A DNA stretch of 64,000 bases from Candidatus Gastranaerophilales bacterium (GCA_944326115.1 CALVCQ010000006.1:5292-69291), one strand, 5' to 3'; counted from the first letter of the stretch, positions 18,270 through 27,187 are shown. The notes: generated from the letters alone by a model not told the origin. Numbers and translations: made by a program.

Positions 18270-19100
18270 TTGATAAATATTATGAACAAAATAAAAATGC
18301 TGGTTCTGGATATTGACGGAACAATATTTAAAAAAGATTATACAGCTACTGAAAAAGTAAAAAGAACCCTGCAAAATCTTTGCAATGACGGGATTAAGGT
18401 CGTTCTGTGTACAGGCAGAATGTATGCTGCAACAAAGTTTATTGCTCAGGAACTCGGGCTGAATACGCCTGTCATCTGTTATCAGGGCAGTCTGGTCAAA
18501 AATTTTTGCGGTAATACAGAAACCCTTTTTGAAAAAACAATGGATTCCGCACTTGCAAGAGATGTTATAAAGGAATTGAAAAGACGTAAAATATTCTTTA
18601 ATATCTACATAAATGACGAACTTATGGTCGAAGAAGACAGTCCTTTGATACAGCAGTATGTTGATGCCAGAAATTTGACTTATAAAATCATTGGAAATTG
18701 TGACAATATTGATTTAACAGGACTAAACAAAATTCTGGCAATAGATGACGATACAAATTTGATAGAAAATTTGCAAAAGGAAATGGCAAAAAAATATAAA
18801 GGAAAGCTATATGTTGTTCGTTCTACACCAAGATTCTGTGAATTTTCAAATCCGGAAGCAACAAAAGGTAATGCTCTAAGATTTTTGGCAAAATTATGGA
18901 ATATTAAACAAGAAGAAATAATGGCCTGTGGTGATCAGGATAATGACATAGAAATGCTGCTTGCAGCAGGGATAAAAGTTGCAATGGGCAATGCAACCGA
19001 GGATTTAAAAAAAATAGCCGATTATGTAACAGAAACTGTGGATAACGATGGTGTTGTCTGTGCAGTTGCAAAATATATAGGGGAAAAGTATGCGTTATAG
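18270..19100 (+). CDS. Cof-type HAD-IIB phosphatase
   Basis: 276-aa ORF with LVLDIDGTIF (HAD motif I) and GDQDNDIEML (motif IV). Start could instead be the ATG at 18282. Confidence 0.8.
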   Translation: MINIMNKIKMLVLDIDGTIFKKDYTATEKVKRTLQNLCNDGIKVVLCTGRMYAATKFIAQELGLNTPVICYQGSLVKNFCGNTETLFEKTMDSALARDVIKELKRRKIFFNIYINDELMVEEDSPLIQQYVDARNLTYKIIGNCDNIDLTGLNKILAIDDDTNLIENLQKEMAKKYKGKLYVVRSTPRFCEFSNPEATKGNALRFLAKLWNIKQEEIMACGDQDNDIEMLLAAGIKVAMGNATEDLKKIADYVTETVDNDGVVCAVAKYIGEKYAL

Positions 19101-19575
19101 AATAGGACAAGGATTTGATTTACATCAATTTGCCGAAGAAAGAGATTTAATTCTCGGAGGAATAAAGATAGAACATAATAAGGGATTGCTCGGGCATTCC
19201 GATGCTGATGCGCTGTGTCATGCGATTATAGATGCATTGCTGGGTGCAGTCTCGCTTGGAGATATTGGACAGCATTTCCCTGATAATGACCCGCAATACT
19301 ACGGATGCGACAGTACTGAGCTTTTAGCACAGACTCTTTATCTTGTTGTAAAAGAAGGATATAAAATAAATAACATTGATGTAACGATTAAGACGCAATA
19401 TCCGAGATTAAGTCCGTTTATAAAATCTATACAGGCTAATATTGCAAATGTTCTTAATCTGGAATTAAATCAGGTTTCAATTAAAGCAAAATCAATGGAA
19501 TGGATGGGTCCGATAGGCGAGGGAAAATGCCTTGCTGTTGATGCAGTTGTCTTGTTAGAAGAAATTTCTATGTAA
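19090..19575 (+). CDS. ispF: 2-C-methyl-D-erythritol 2,4-cyclodiphosphate synthase
   Basis: 161-aa ORF with RIGQGFDLHQF and GHSDADALCHAIIDALLGA. Confidence 0.93.
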   Translation: MRYRIGQGFDLHQFAEERDLILGGIKIEHNKGLLGHSDADALCHAIIDALLGAVSLGDIGQHFPDNDPQYYGCDSTELLAQTLYLVVKEGYKINNIDVTIKTQYPRLSPFIKSIQANIANVLNLELNQVSIKAKSMEWMGPIGEGKCLAVDAVVLLEEISM

Positions 19576-19609
19576 ATAATTGCCATCTATCTGACTATTT
19601 TGTGTTTTA

Positions 19610-19847
19610 AAGCATTAAATAATGATAAAAAAGACCTCTAAAGAGGTCTTTTTTTATGGCTCCGGGACATGGATTCTCTTCAGCTGTAGGCGACAACGAG
19701 AGCCGTACAGATGAGGATACCCGAACGGGCAGAACCAAGCGAGCATTCCTTACAGGAATGCGAGTCGTGAGAATCCGAATAAGCATTAAATAATGATAAA
19801 AAAGACCTCTAAAGAGGTCTTTTTTTATGGCTCCGGGACATGGATTC
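19610..19847. repeat. 67-bp perfect direct repeat (19610-19676 and 19781-19847, period 171 bp) made of the last 20 nt of tRNA-Gln plus its 47-bp downstream terminator region, enclosing a 104-bp G+C-rich insert
   Basis: aagcattaaataatgataaaaaagacctctaaagaggtctttttttatggctccgggacatggattc is present twice with no mismatch. Copy 2 continues into the intact tRNA; copy 1 continues into unrelated sequence. Confidence 0.92.
19627..19655 (+). terminator. bidirectional-looking terminator hairpin after ispF (inside repeat copy 1)
   Basis: A-run, stem agacctc / gaggtct with loop taaa, then a T-run. An identical copy lies at 19798-19826 downstream of tRNA-Gln. Confidence 0.65.
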
Positions 19848-19901
19848 GAACCACGATTAGATGATCCAGAGTCACCTGTCCTGCCGTTAGACGATCCCGG
19901 A
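19828..19901 (-). tRNA. tRNA-Gln (anticodon CTG), CCA encoded
   Basis: Minus strand TCCGGGATCGTCTAACGGCAGGACAGGTGACTCTGGATCATCTAATCGTGGTTCGAATCCATGTCCCGGAGCCA. It has a U1-A72 acceptor typical of bacterial tRNA-Gln, anticodon loop CTCTGGA and T loop TTCGAAT. Confidence 0.88.
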
Positions 19902-19915
19902 ACGACTATAAATAT

Positions 19916-19943
19916 ATTGTATCACCCGAGAAAATTTGGTCAA
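19916..19943 (-). promoter_or_regulatory. candidate sigma-70 promoter for tRNA-Gln
   Basis: Minus strand reads TTGACC, 16 nt, TACAAT. The -10 element ends about 14 nt upstream of the tRNA 5' end. Confidence 0.45.
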
Positions 19944-19982
19944 CTGTATAATATTAGAAAAACTAAGTCAAAATTAAAATTA

Positions 19983-20249
19983 TTAATATAACGGTTTATT
20001 TGAGCGGACATAGTAAACACCGTTTGTACAGCGGGTCTTTTTACTATTGCAAATTACTCCGTTATTAATGTATACACCTTTTTTATCTTTGATTTTAAAT
20101 TTACCCATCGTACAGATAGTTTGTTTTTTAGTACATCGTGGCTCAAATGCTCTTGAAAAATTTGATTTCGGAAATAAAGAATCATTTGACATTACGGCTA
20201 AGCAGCTCAAACTACTTATAAATATTGCATAAATCAACTTTTTGAACAT
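19983..20249 (-). CDS. small secreted Cys-rich protein, function unknown
   Basis: 88-aa ORF with N-terminal signal-like MFKKLIYAIFISSLSCLAVMS and six Cys in the mature part. Confidence 0.5.
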   Translation of the reverse strand: MFKKLIYAIFISSLSCLAVMSNDSLFPKSNFSRAFEPRCTKKQTICTMGKFKIKDKKGVYINNGVICNSKKTRCTNGVYYVRSNKPLY

Positions 20250-20279
20250 ATTTCGGCTCTTTTTGAGCTATTTATGCCG

Positions 20280-20852
20280 TTAAGATATTATTTCTACTCT
20301 GCCTGTATCAAAGTTTAAATAAGCCCGCACTATTTCAAATTTTCCGTCATGATATGCCTGTCGCAATATTTTAGAACGTTTAAGAAGCTTTCTTTTCTTG
20401 GTCAGCGTATAATTACGTGCAATTTCATTGTAACATTCCGTTTCCGAATCAATTATTTCATACACAGACCGAATTAATAGCTGCAAGTTATCCGGTTCTT
20501 TCGGATACAATGCTCTGGCTGCTTTCATTACCCCGCAATCATCATGGCTCAAAACCATAACAAGCGGTACTTTTAAATGATCGACCGCATATTCTACACT
20601 TTCCAGTATATTTTCTCCAATAACTGCACCTGCACATCTTACAACGAATAGCTCGCCAAAGCCTTTGTCAAAAATTAATTCGGGAATTACTCTGGAATCT
20701 GAACAGGTTACAATACAAGCAATCGGTGACTGTCCGTTTTTCAGGGAAATAAGTGACTCAACTTTTGTATTTTTAAATTCAGATTTGCTCTCAACAAAAT
20801 TTTTATTGCCGTCTAATAATATATCAAGTGCTTTCTTTGCTTTTTCTATCAT
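20280..20852 (-). CDS. beta-class carbonic anhydrase
   Basis: 190-aa ORF with zinc ligand contexts CSDSRV and SHDDCGVMKAA. Confidence 0.85.
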   Translation of the reverse strand: MIEKAKKALDILLDGNKNFVESKSEFKNTKVESLISLKNGQSPIACIVTCSDSRVIPELIFDKGFGELFVVRCAGAVIGENILESVEYAVDHLKVPLVMVLSHDDCGVMKAARALYPKEPDNLQLLIRSVYEIIDSETECYNEIARNYTLTKKRKLLKRSKILRQAYHDGKFEIVRAYLNFDTGRVEIIS

Positions 20853-21970
20853 TATTTATCGTTATTCTCCGTATTTTTTATTTCTTTGGCTTCTACTTTT
20901 TTTGTTGCAGGCAGTGATTCATTGCTGTTCATTATTTTTTTATTTTTTTTGACCTCAGCTTCAATATCAAGCTGTTTGTTTATTATTAAAGTTTGTCCTA
21001 CCTGAATTATATTACTTGTAATCAAGTACAAAAGAACACCTGCCGGTATAGGTATAAAAAGAAATGTAGCCGTAAGCATAACAGGCATCATTGTCCCGAG
21101 ACTTTTTTGCATTGCTTCCTGTGCAGGATCTGCCTGCTGCATTTTGTTTGTTGCCATCATTATTTTTTGAGTAAGGAACATTGTAACACCAAATATTGCA
21201 ACAAGAAGCAGAACATCATAATTAAATGAAGATTTTGCGGCAACAGTCGGGACCGATGCTATAAGATTGTCTCCGTGTTTTGTAAATTTTACTTTTTCAA
21301 TTTCTCTTGTATTGTTATCCGTTACTGTAACATCAGCGCTTGTAATTTGAGCCAGCTGGCTGAATTTTAAATCAAAATCGTCAAGACTGATTTTTAAATC
21401 AACTGGTTGACCGGGAGTAATATCACCCTGAACTTTGACAGCATTTCTTGGATTTGAAAGTTTTGCATTTTCCAGTTCTTTGTCACCTATATAAACTTTT
21501 ATGTTTTTGTTCAAAGAGAATGTGTCTCCGGGACCTACAGAAAATTTTCCGTCATTAGATATGCCTGCATTGCCTTTTAAAGTAGCATCCAGTCTGTTTA
21601 TAAACAAAAATTTTGATTGACCTGCCAGTGATATAAACTGAGGACTCATTAATGATGAATACAAAAGAATAAAGATTGGCATTTGAATAAGCAGTGGTAA
21701 ACAACCTGCCATTGGATTAAATTTATGTTCTTTATAGAACTCCATCATTTTTTGCTGCATAACCTGAGGATTGCTTTTGTATCTCTCCTGAATAGCCTTC
21801 ATCTTTGGCTGCAGCTGCTGCATTGTTTTCATTGAACGCTGTTGTGATACATTCAACGGCCACATAGCCAGTCTTATAATTACAGTCAGTGCTATAATTC
21901 CCAGTCCGTAGCTTCCGAATATATTACTTAATTCTTTTAAAAAATTAATTGTTAAAGTTGTAAAATCCAC
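20852..21970 (-). CDS. yidC: membrane protein insertase YidC
   Basis: 372-aa ORF with WPLNVSQQRSMKTMQQLQPKMKAIQERYK, NPMAGCLPLLIQMPIFILLY and C-terminal PAGVLLYLITSNIIQVGQ. Uses a GTG start. Its stop overlaps the carbonic anhydrase ATG by 1 nt. Confidence 0.9.
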   Translation of the reverse strand: MDFTTLTINFLKELSNIFGSYGLGIIALTVIIRLAMWPLNVSQQRSMKTMQQLQPKMKAIQERYKSNPQVMQQKMMEFYKEHKFNPMAGCLPLLIQMPIFILLYSSLMSPQFISLAGQSKFLFINRLDATLKGNAGISNDGKFSVGPGDTFSLNKNIKVYIGDKELENAKLSNPRNAVKVQGDITPGQPVDLKISLDDFDLKFSQLAQITSADVTVTDNNTREIEKVKFTKHGDNLIASVPTVAAKSSFNYDVLLLVAIFGVTMFLTQKIMMATNKMQQADPAQEAMQKSLGTMMPVMLTATFLFIPIPAGVLLYLITSNIIQVGQTLIINKQLDIEAEVKKNKKIMNSNESLPATKKVEAKEIKNTENNDK

Positions 21971-22240
21971 GTTATAATCTCCCCTGATGGTTCATGTATC
22001 CTTTGAAACAATATTGTAAAACAAAAATATGTTATGTATTGTAAATTTATAATTATATTTGATTATTTATTTGTTCTTACCAGGGACATCAAATAATCAG
22101 CAAAACATACAATCTCGAAATATAGCTAAAATTCTAAGCTTTTATTCTTAACACTGTTTTCAGTTTAGTATAAATATTTTAGCAATTTATCACTGTTTTC
22201 ATAATCTCTCATGAAAACAGACTGCCTCTGATTAGATGAA

Positions 22241-22795
22241 TTATTTAATTTCACCCATTTCTTTTTCGACTATTTTAAACATTTCATTTCGATTTGTTAC
22301 ATATTTATTTTGTTTAAGAATCTTTTGCAAATGTTTAAGTGTTTTTAAAGCAGCTTTTTTATCTTTAAATTCAGAGTATTGTATCTGCGAAACTGCTAAA
22401 GAATCAATGAAAATGTCTTTTACCGTAAATTCAGCTGTTTTTAAAAGAAAATAATCCCGTATGCCTTTTTGGGTGCCAATACAGGCATACAATGAGCTTT
22501 GTGCTTCTTTTGAATCCATCTGAAAAAGACATTTATCAACTATCCTGGATTTATAAAATTTTAAAATCTTTTCATTTTCTTTTATTCTTATTTTTTGTAT
22601 TTGTAATGCCTCTTCATATTTTTTTTGCGATGAAATACTAAGTACATAAGCCTGACACTGCGGCGCTACAACTATTCTGCAAGCTGGAGCAAGGTCTTTT
22701 GCCGGATCTGATAAAATAACATTTCTGAATATTGCAGATGCCCAGACTGCAGCGATAAAAATTATCAAATATATTATTATTTTTTTCTTTGTCAT
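22241..22795 (-). CDS. membrane-anchored hypothetical protein
   Basis: Start set to the ATG at 22795 (MTKKKIIIYLIIFIAAVWA...), which has a strong AAGGAGAG Shine-Dalgarno upstream; the track start is 22840. One N-terminal TM helix. Confidence 0.6.
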   Translation of the reverse strand: MTKKKIIIYLIIFIAAVWASAIFRNVILSDPAKDLAPACRIVVAPQCQAYVLSISSQKKYEEALQIQKIRIKENEKILKFYKSRIVDKCLFQMDSKEAQSSLYACIGTQKGIRDYFLLKTAEFTVKDIFIDSLAVSQIQYSEFKDKKAALKTLKHLQKILKQNKYVTNRNEMFKIVEKEMGEIK

Positions 22796-22856
22796 GATAA
22801 ACTCTCTCCTTTTTTCTAAATATATCATATATTTAAACAAACAGGTAATTCAAAAT

Positions 22857-22875
22857 TTATAACAGACTGTTATAA
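22857..22875. promoter_or_regulatory. palindromic operator candidate TTATAACAG-A-CTGTTATAA overlapping the dfx promoter
   Basis: Perfect 9-bp arms. The right arm overlaps a TATAAT -10 hexamer (22871-22876), 27 nt upstream of the dfx ATG. Confidence 0.5.
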
Positions 22876-22902
22876 TTTATACATTGTAAGAAAGGATGAT
22901 TT

Positions 22903-23316
22903 ATGACAGAAAAATTAGAGTTTTATAAATGTAATATTTGCGGAAATTTTGTGGAAATTGTAATTGCCGGACAGGGAGAACTTGTTTGCTGCGGTCAACC
23001 AATGGAAAAAGTTAGTGCGAAAACACAAGATGAAGAAATGAGAGGAGAAAAACACGTGCCTGTGGTTTCAAAAAACGGAGAGGAGCTTGAAGTAAGAGTC
23101 GGCGCTGTTCCTCATCCTATGGAAGACGAACACTATATCCAATTTATAGAAGTAAATTCACCAGACAAACGTTATGTAAAGAGAAAATATTTGTTCCCTC
23201 ATGAAGAACCGGTATTGAAATACAAATGTCACTGCGATAAAGTAGAGGCAAGAGAATTATGTAATATCCACGGACTCTGGACTTCCGGTGAAACAGATGC
23301 CCGAAAGCAGTTTTAG
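22903..23316 (+). CDS. dfx: desulfoferrodoxin (superoxide reductase, 2Fe type)
   Basis: 137-aa ORF with an N-terminal desulforedoxin-like CNICGNFVE...CCGQPM. Centre II ligand contexts EKHVPV, HPMEDEHYIQFIE and CNIHGLW. Confidence 0.9.
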   Translation: MTEKLEFYKCNICGNFVEIVIAGQGELVCCGQPMEKVSAKTQDEEMRGEKHVPVVSKNGEELEVRVGAVPHPMEDEHYIQFIEVNSPDKRYVKRKYLFPHEEPVLKYKCHCDKVEARELCNIHGLWTSGETDARKQF

Positions 23317-23346
23317 AGTTACGGAGGATATGGAAGGGAGTAAAAA

Positions 23347-23856
23347 ATGATTTCAGAAAAAATGGCAGCAGCGTTTAACAAGCAAATTAAAGATGAAATG
23401 TATTCTTCTAACCTCTATCTTTCAATGGTAGCATATTTTGAAGAAATAGGTTTAAAAGGTTTTGCAAGCTGGATGAGAGTTCAGGTGCAGGAAGAAACAG
23501 CTCACGCTATGGGACTTTTTGATTATCTTTTATCAAGAGACGGCAGAGTTGTTATAGATGCGATTGACAAACCGGCTTATGAATGGTCAAGTGCTCTTGA
23601 CTGTTTTGAAGCTGTATACAAACATGAACAGCTAGTTACTTCTTTAATAAACAATCTTATTGATGTTGCGGAACAGGAAAAAGACAGAGCCGCAGTATCA
23701 TTCTTGCAGTGGTATTTAAAAGAACAGGTTGAAGAAGAAGCAAACTGCTCTGAAATATGTGCAAAATTAAAACTAATAGGCGATGACAAACATGCTTTGC
23801 TTTTAATTGACAGCGAACTTGCAGCAAGAACTTTTGTTGCTCCAACAATAGCTTAA
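23347..23856 (+). CDS. non-haem ferritin
   Basis: 169-aa ORF with EMYSSNLYLSMVAYF, QVQEETAHAMGLFDYL and LKEQVEEE ferroxidase-centre contexts. Confidence 0.88.
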   Translation: MISEKMAAAFNKQIKDEMYSSNLYLSMVAYFEEIGLKGFASWMRVQVQEETAHAMGLFDYLLSRDGRVVIDAIDKPAYEWSSALDCFEAVYKHEQLVTSLINNLIDVAEQEKDRAAVSFLQWYLKEQVEEEANCSEICAKLKLIGDDKHALLLIDSELAARTFVAPTIA

Positions 23857-23878
23857 CGTTGAAAAATGTAATATCACA

Positions 23879-23930
23879 TTATAATTATAAATCCACAACA
23901 CGTGTAAAGGTTGTGGATTTATAATTATAA
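23879..23930. repeat. perfect 21-bp inverted repeat (ttataattataaatccacaac / gttgtggatttataattataa) with a 10-nt loop
   Basis: Read directly from the sequence. Lies between the convergent ferritin and chrA genes. No clear U-run on either strand. Confidence 0.85.
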
Positions 23931-23951
23931 AATGATAAGAATGCGGTTAGA

Positions 23952-24521
23952 TTATTGCAGCTTTACAAAAAAGCCGAGAATTACTGCAAGTACAATCAAT
24001 ATCATAGGATTTTTTCTGTATTTTAGTCCCAGAATTGTAAAAAATACCAGCAATATAAAAGCTTTTAAAGAAATAAAATCAAAAATATTGTGAGTTTGTT
24101 TGAATTTAGCAAGATGAAAAACAGTATGAGTCATTATCTTTAATCCGGCAACACCGATAAGAGCAACAGCAGCCGGTCTTAGTCCGTACATAATATTGTT
24201 AATCAGCGGATTGTCCTTATTTTTCTTCAAAAATCTTGCAATAAACATCACCATAATGAAGGACGGAATCAAAAAAGCAATTGTTACAAATGCAGAACCG
24301 ATTGCACCGCCGACTTTTACACCTACAAAAGTTGCCATGTTTATTCCGATTGGTCCGGGGGTAAGGTTTGAAATCGCAATCATCTGCGTAATTTCTGCAA
24401 CATCAAACCATTTGTATTTTTCTACAAGGTAATATAAAAACGGAATAACTGTATATCCGCCGCCTATTGCAACTGCGCCTATTTTCATATATTCAAAAGC
24501 AAGAAGAAAAATTTCATTCAT
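23952..24521 (-). CDS. chromate ion transporter (CHR) family protein, short-chain, partner 2
   Basis: 189-aa hydrophobic ORF with GAVAIGGGYTVIPF and TPGPIGINMATFVG CHR motifs. Overlaps partner 1 by 8 nt. Confidence 0.8.
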   Translation of the reverse strand: MNEIFLLAFEYMKIGAVAIGGGYTVIPFLYYLVEKYKWFDVAEITQMIAISNLTPGPIGINMATFVGVKVGGAIGSAFVTIAFLIPSFIMVMFIARFLKKNKDNPLINNIMYGLRPAAVALIGVAGLKIMTHTVFHLAKFKQTHNIFDFISLKAFILLVFFTILGLKYRKNPMILIVLAVILGFFVKLQ

Positions 24522-25125
24522 CAGTCATGTCTCCTTTGCTTTGAATATCAGTGCATTCACTGCAGCTACAGGATTTTGCCGCTCTGCTTTTTGGAAAAAT
24601 AAAATGTCTGACAAGTCCGAGTAAACCGGCTGAAATAACAATCAAAAACGGTGAAACATTTGCTATGGAAGCAATTAATGCGGCAATAAATATAAAAGAA
24701 GTAAACTTATCAAAAATCGAAAATGTCCATAATTCCAGTACTGTAAGCAGAATTAATATGCATACAGCAATGTCAAGAACTTCAAAGATATTCTGGATAA
24801 AAGGATATCCCATGATGGCATTAATAAATGCAAACACAATTACTATGGCAAGATATGCCGGAAGGCACACACCCGTTAACGCTGCAAGTGCCCCTGCTAT
24901 TCCTCGTGCTTTGTAGCCGGAAAACATGGAAACATTCCCTGCCACAAGTCCAGGAATACACTGGCTCAGTGCATAATAGTTTGTAACTTCCTCCATAGTA
25001 CAAATTTTTTCTTTATCCACCATCTCTGCTTTTAAAAAAGGTAAAATAGCATATCCGCCGCCAAAAAGCACCATACCAATCTTAAAAAATATCCAGAATA
25101 GTTTTAATAAACTTATTTTTTGCAT
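24514..25125 (-). CDS. chromate ion transporter (CHR) family protein, short-chain, partner 1
   Basis: 203-aa hydrophobic ORF with FKIGMVLFGGGYAILPF and IPGLVAGNVSMFSGY. Confidence 0.8.
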   Translation of the reverse strand: MQKISLLKLFWIFFKIGMVLFGGGYAILPFLKAEMVDKEKICTMEEVTNYYALSQCIPGLVAGNVSMFSGYKARGIAGALAALTGVCLPAYLAIVIVFAFINAIMGYPFIQNIFEVLDIAVCILILLTVLELWTFSIFDKFTSFIFIAALIASIANVSPFLIVISAGLLGLVRHFIFPKSRAAKSCSCSECTDIQSKGDMTDE

Positions 25126-25153
25126 TATTTATAATGTTCCGTATTTATGCCTG

Positions 25154-26290
25154 TTACAAGGCTTCTGAAAGTATCTGCGCAACCTCGTTTGCTGCTTCAT
25201 GTCTGGATAGTATTGCTTTTACTTTTGATAAATCTTCTGTCATATTTTTTCTGTACTGTTCATTATCAAGGATTTTAATGAGGTGCTGTGAAATAACTTT
25301 CGAATTGGAGTCCGACATCAAAAGTTCCGGCACAATATCTTTGTCCATAATTATGTTAGGCAGACAAACCCTGTTTATGCATCTTACAAGCCTGTATACA
25401 AGATAAGCAAACCACGGACCTTTGTAGCTGATTATCATAGGCGTAGTATACAAAGCTGCCTCCAGAGCAACAGTACCGGAAGCAAGCATCAGCGCATCCG
25501 ACGCACTCAAAAGAGAATAGTTATCATGTTTTATTACTTTTAAGTCTGAGTCTTTAAAATATTTTTTAAACAGTTTGTCATCCAGACTGTCTGCCTGTGC
25601 CACCACAAATTGAACATCGTTTCTTTTCTGTTGTATTAACTTTGCTGCATCTAAAAAAGTTTTCATAAGATAATACAGCTCAAACTCCCGGCTGCCCGGG
25701 AATATTGAAATAAGTTTTTTATTTTTGTCCAGTCCGTATTTTTCAAAGACTTCATCACGATTCGCTTTTGGCGGCATTTGCGTAATAAGAGGATGTCCTA
25801 CAAACTGTGCATCAATACCTTCTTTTTCATACATTTCTTTTTCAAAAGGAAAAATGGTCATTACTTTTGAAATATTTTTCTTAACAGTTTTAATTCTCCA
25901 TTTGCGAGACGCCCAGATCTGAGGCGGAATGTAGTAAAAAACTTTGATTCCTGCTTTTTTTAAAAATTTTGAAATATTTAAATTAAACCCGCCGTAATCT
26001 ATAAGAAGAACTAAATCCGGTTTAAATTCATTTTTTAAATAATCCACTACCCTTTTGCCGAGTGTTATATGGTCAAAAAGAATTTTGGGAGTAAGTCCCA
26101 TTGCGGACATGTGTGCATGAGAATGGTCGACAAAAAGCTTTACACCAAGTTTTTTCAGATTCTCTCCGCCTATGGCTTCAATTTCTATATCAGGTCTTGT
26201 ATTACGCAAATGTTGCACAACTAATGAAGCATGTTTGTCGCCTGATAACTCACCGGTAATAATAAAAAGTTTTTTATTGTTCATAATCAA
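25154..26290 (-). CDS. lpxB: lipid-A-disaccharide synthase
   Basis: 378-aa ORF with N-terminal ITGELSGDKHASLVV. Also DYGGFNL, SGTVALEAAL and PNIIMDKDIVPELL. Confidence 0.9.
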   Translation of the reverse strand: MIMNNKKLFIITGELSGDKHASLVVQHLRNTRPDIEIEAIGGENLKKLGVKLFVDHSHAHMSAMGLTPKILFDHITLGKRVVDYLKNEFKPDLVLLIDYGGFNLNISKFLKKAGIKVFYYIPPQIWASRKWRIKTVKKNISKVMTIFPFEKEMYEKEGIDAQFVGHPLITQMPPKANRDEVFEKYGLDKNKKLISIFPGSREFELYYLMKTFLDAAKLIQQKRNDVQFVVAQADSLDDKLFKKYFKDSDLKVIKHDNYSLLSASDALMLASGTVALEAALYTTPMIISYKGPWFAYLVYRLVRCINRVCLPNIIMDKDIVPELLMSDSNSKVISQHLIKILDNEQYRKNMTEDLSKVKAILSRHEAANEVAQILSEAL

Positions 26291-26329
26291 CCCTCAAACA
26301 TAACCAAGAATGCTGTATAAAATCAATAG

Positions 26330-27187
26330 CTATATTGCCATCACAATAATGCCTTTTTTGTTGGCATAATCAATAACTTTTTTCTGATCCACAATAATTG
26401 TTTCATTTGCTTCTATTGCAAGAATTTTTGCACCGAATCTGTTCATAGTCTTAAGTGTATTTAATCCGATTGCAGGAATATCAAAACGTTTGTCCTGTGT
26501 GGGCTTGCTGACTTTTACAACAGTGATACCCTTGCCGCCGAGCTTACATCCTCTTTCAATGCATTTGTCCGTGCCTTCAATAGCTTCTACTGCCATAATC
26601 ATTTTATTTTTGATTACAACAGACTGTCCGACATCGAGTTTACCCATTTCTTTAGCAAGCCAGTATCCGTATTCAACATCCAGCGACTGATCTTCATCCG
26701 GTTCGTGTTCGCCGAGGACGCCGGGGGGAGCCATGAGATTTTTTATAAAAATAGTCTGGTCAAGAACCGTAATTCCCATTTGTTCAAGCTGGTCGACAAT
26801 AATCAGCATAACAGCATCGTCATTGAGTCTCTGTGCTTCTTTCATAAGACGGATTGCTTCCATATCAAGTTTTGGACGTCTTAAAAGCAAGCCTTTATGC
26901 ACTTTACCTATAAAAGTAACCTGTGTAACTTTTTCATCTATAAGAGTCTGTTTTATTTTTAAAACTTCTCCGGGACCGAAATTGTAAACTTTTGAACAAA
27001 ACTTTTTCAGTCTGTTTCTGTTATCGGAGGACAAAGAAATTGCCACTACGTCAAAACCGTTTTTTTGTGCGGATTCAGCCATTGCAACCGGCAATTCGCC
27101 GTCTCCTGCTATTAAACACTGTTTTTTATCTAATACAATAGACAATTTCCTCTCCTTTATTATGTCATTTTTGCAGATACAACACAA
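26330..27187 (-). CDS. lpxI: UDP-2,3-diacylglucosamine diphosphatase LpxI (DUF1009 family)
   Basis: 285-aa ORF with LIAGDGELPV and DVGQSVVIKNKMIMAVEAIEGTDKCIERG. Adjacent to lpxB. Confidence 0.8.
   Translation of the reverse strand: MCCICKNDIIKERKLSIVLDKKQCLIAGDGELPVAMAESAQKNGFDVVAISLSSDNRNRLKKFCSKVYNFGPGEVLKIKQTLIDEKVTQVTFIGKVHKGLLLRRPKLDMEAIRLMKEAQRLNDDAVMLIIVDQLEQMGITVLDQTIFIKNLMAPPGVLGEHEPDEDQSLDVEYGYWLAKEMGKLDVGQSVVIKNKMIMAVEAIEGTDKCIERGCKLGGKGITVVKVSKPTQDKRFDIPAIGLNTLKTMNRFGAKILAIEANETIIVDQKKVIDYANKKGIIVMAI

Noticed and set aside
23952-25125. chrA split into two ORFs as a frameshifted pseudogene
   Set aside because: Short-chain CHR proteins normally occur as adjacent pairs of about 190-200 aa. 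Both ORFs are intact and overlap by 8 nt, like a coupled pair.
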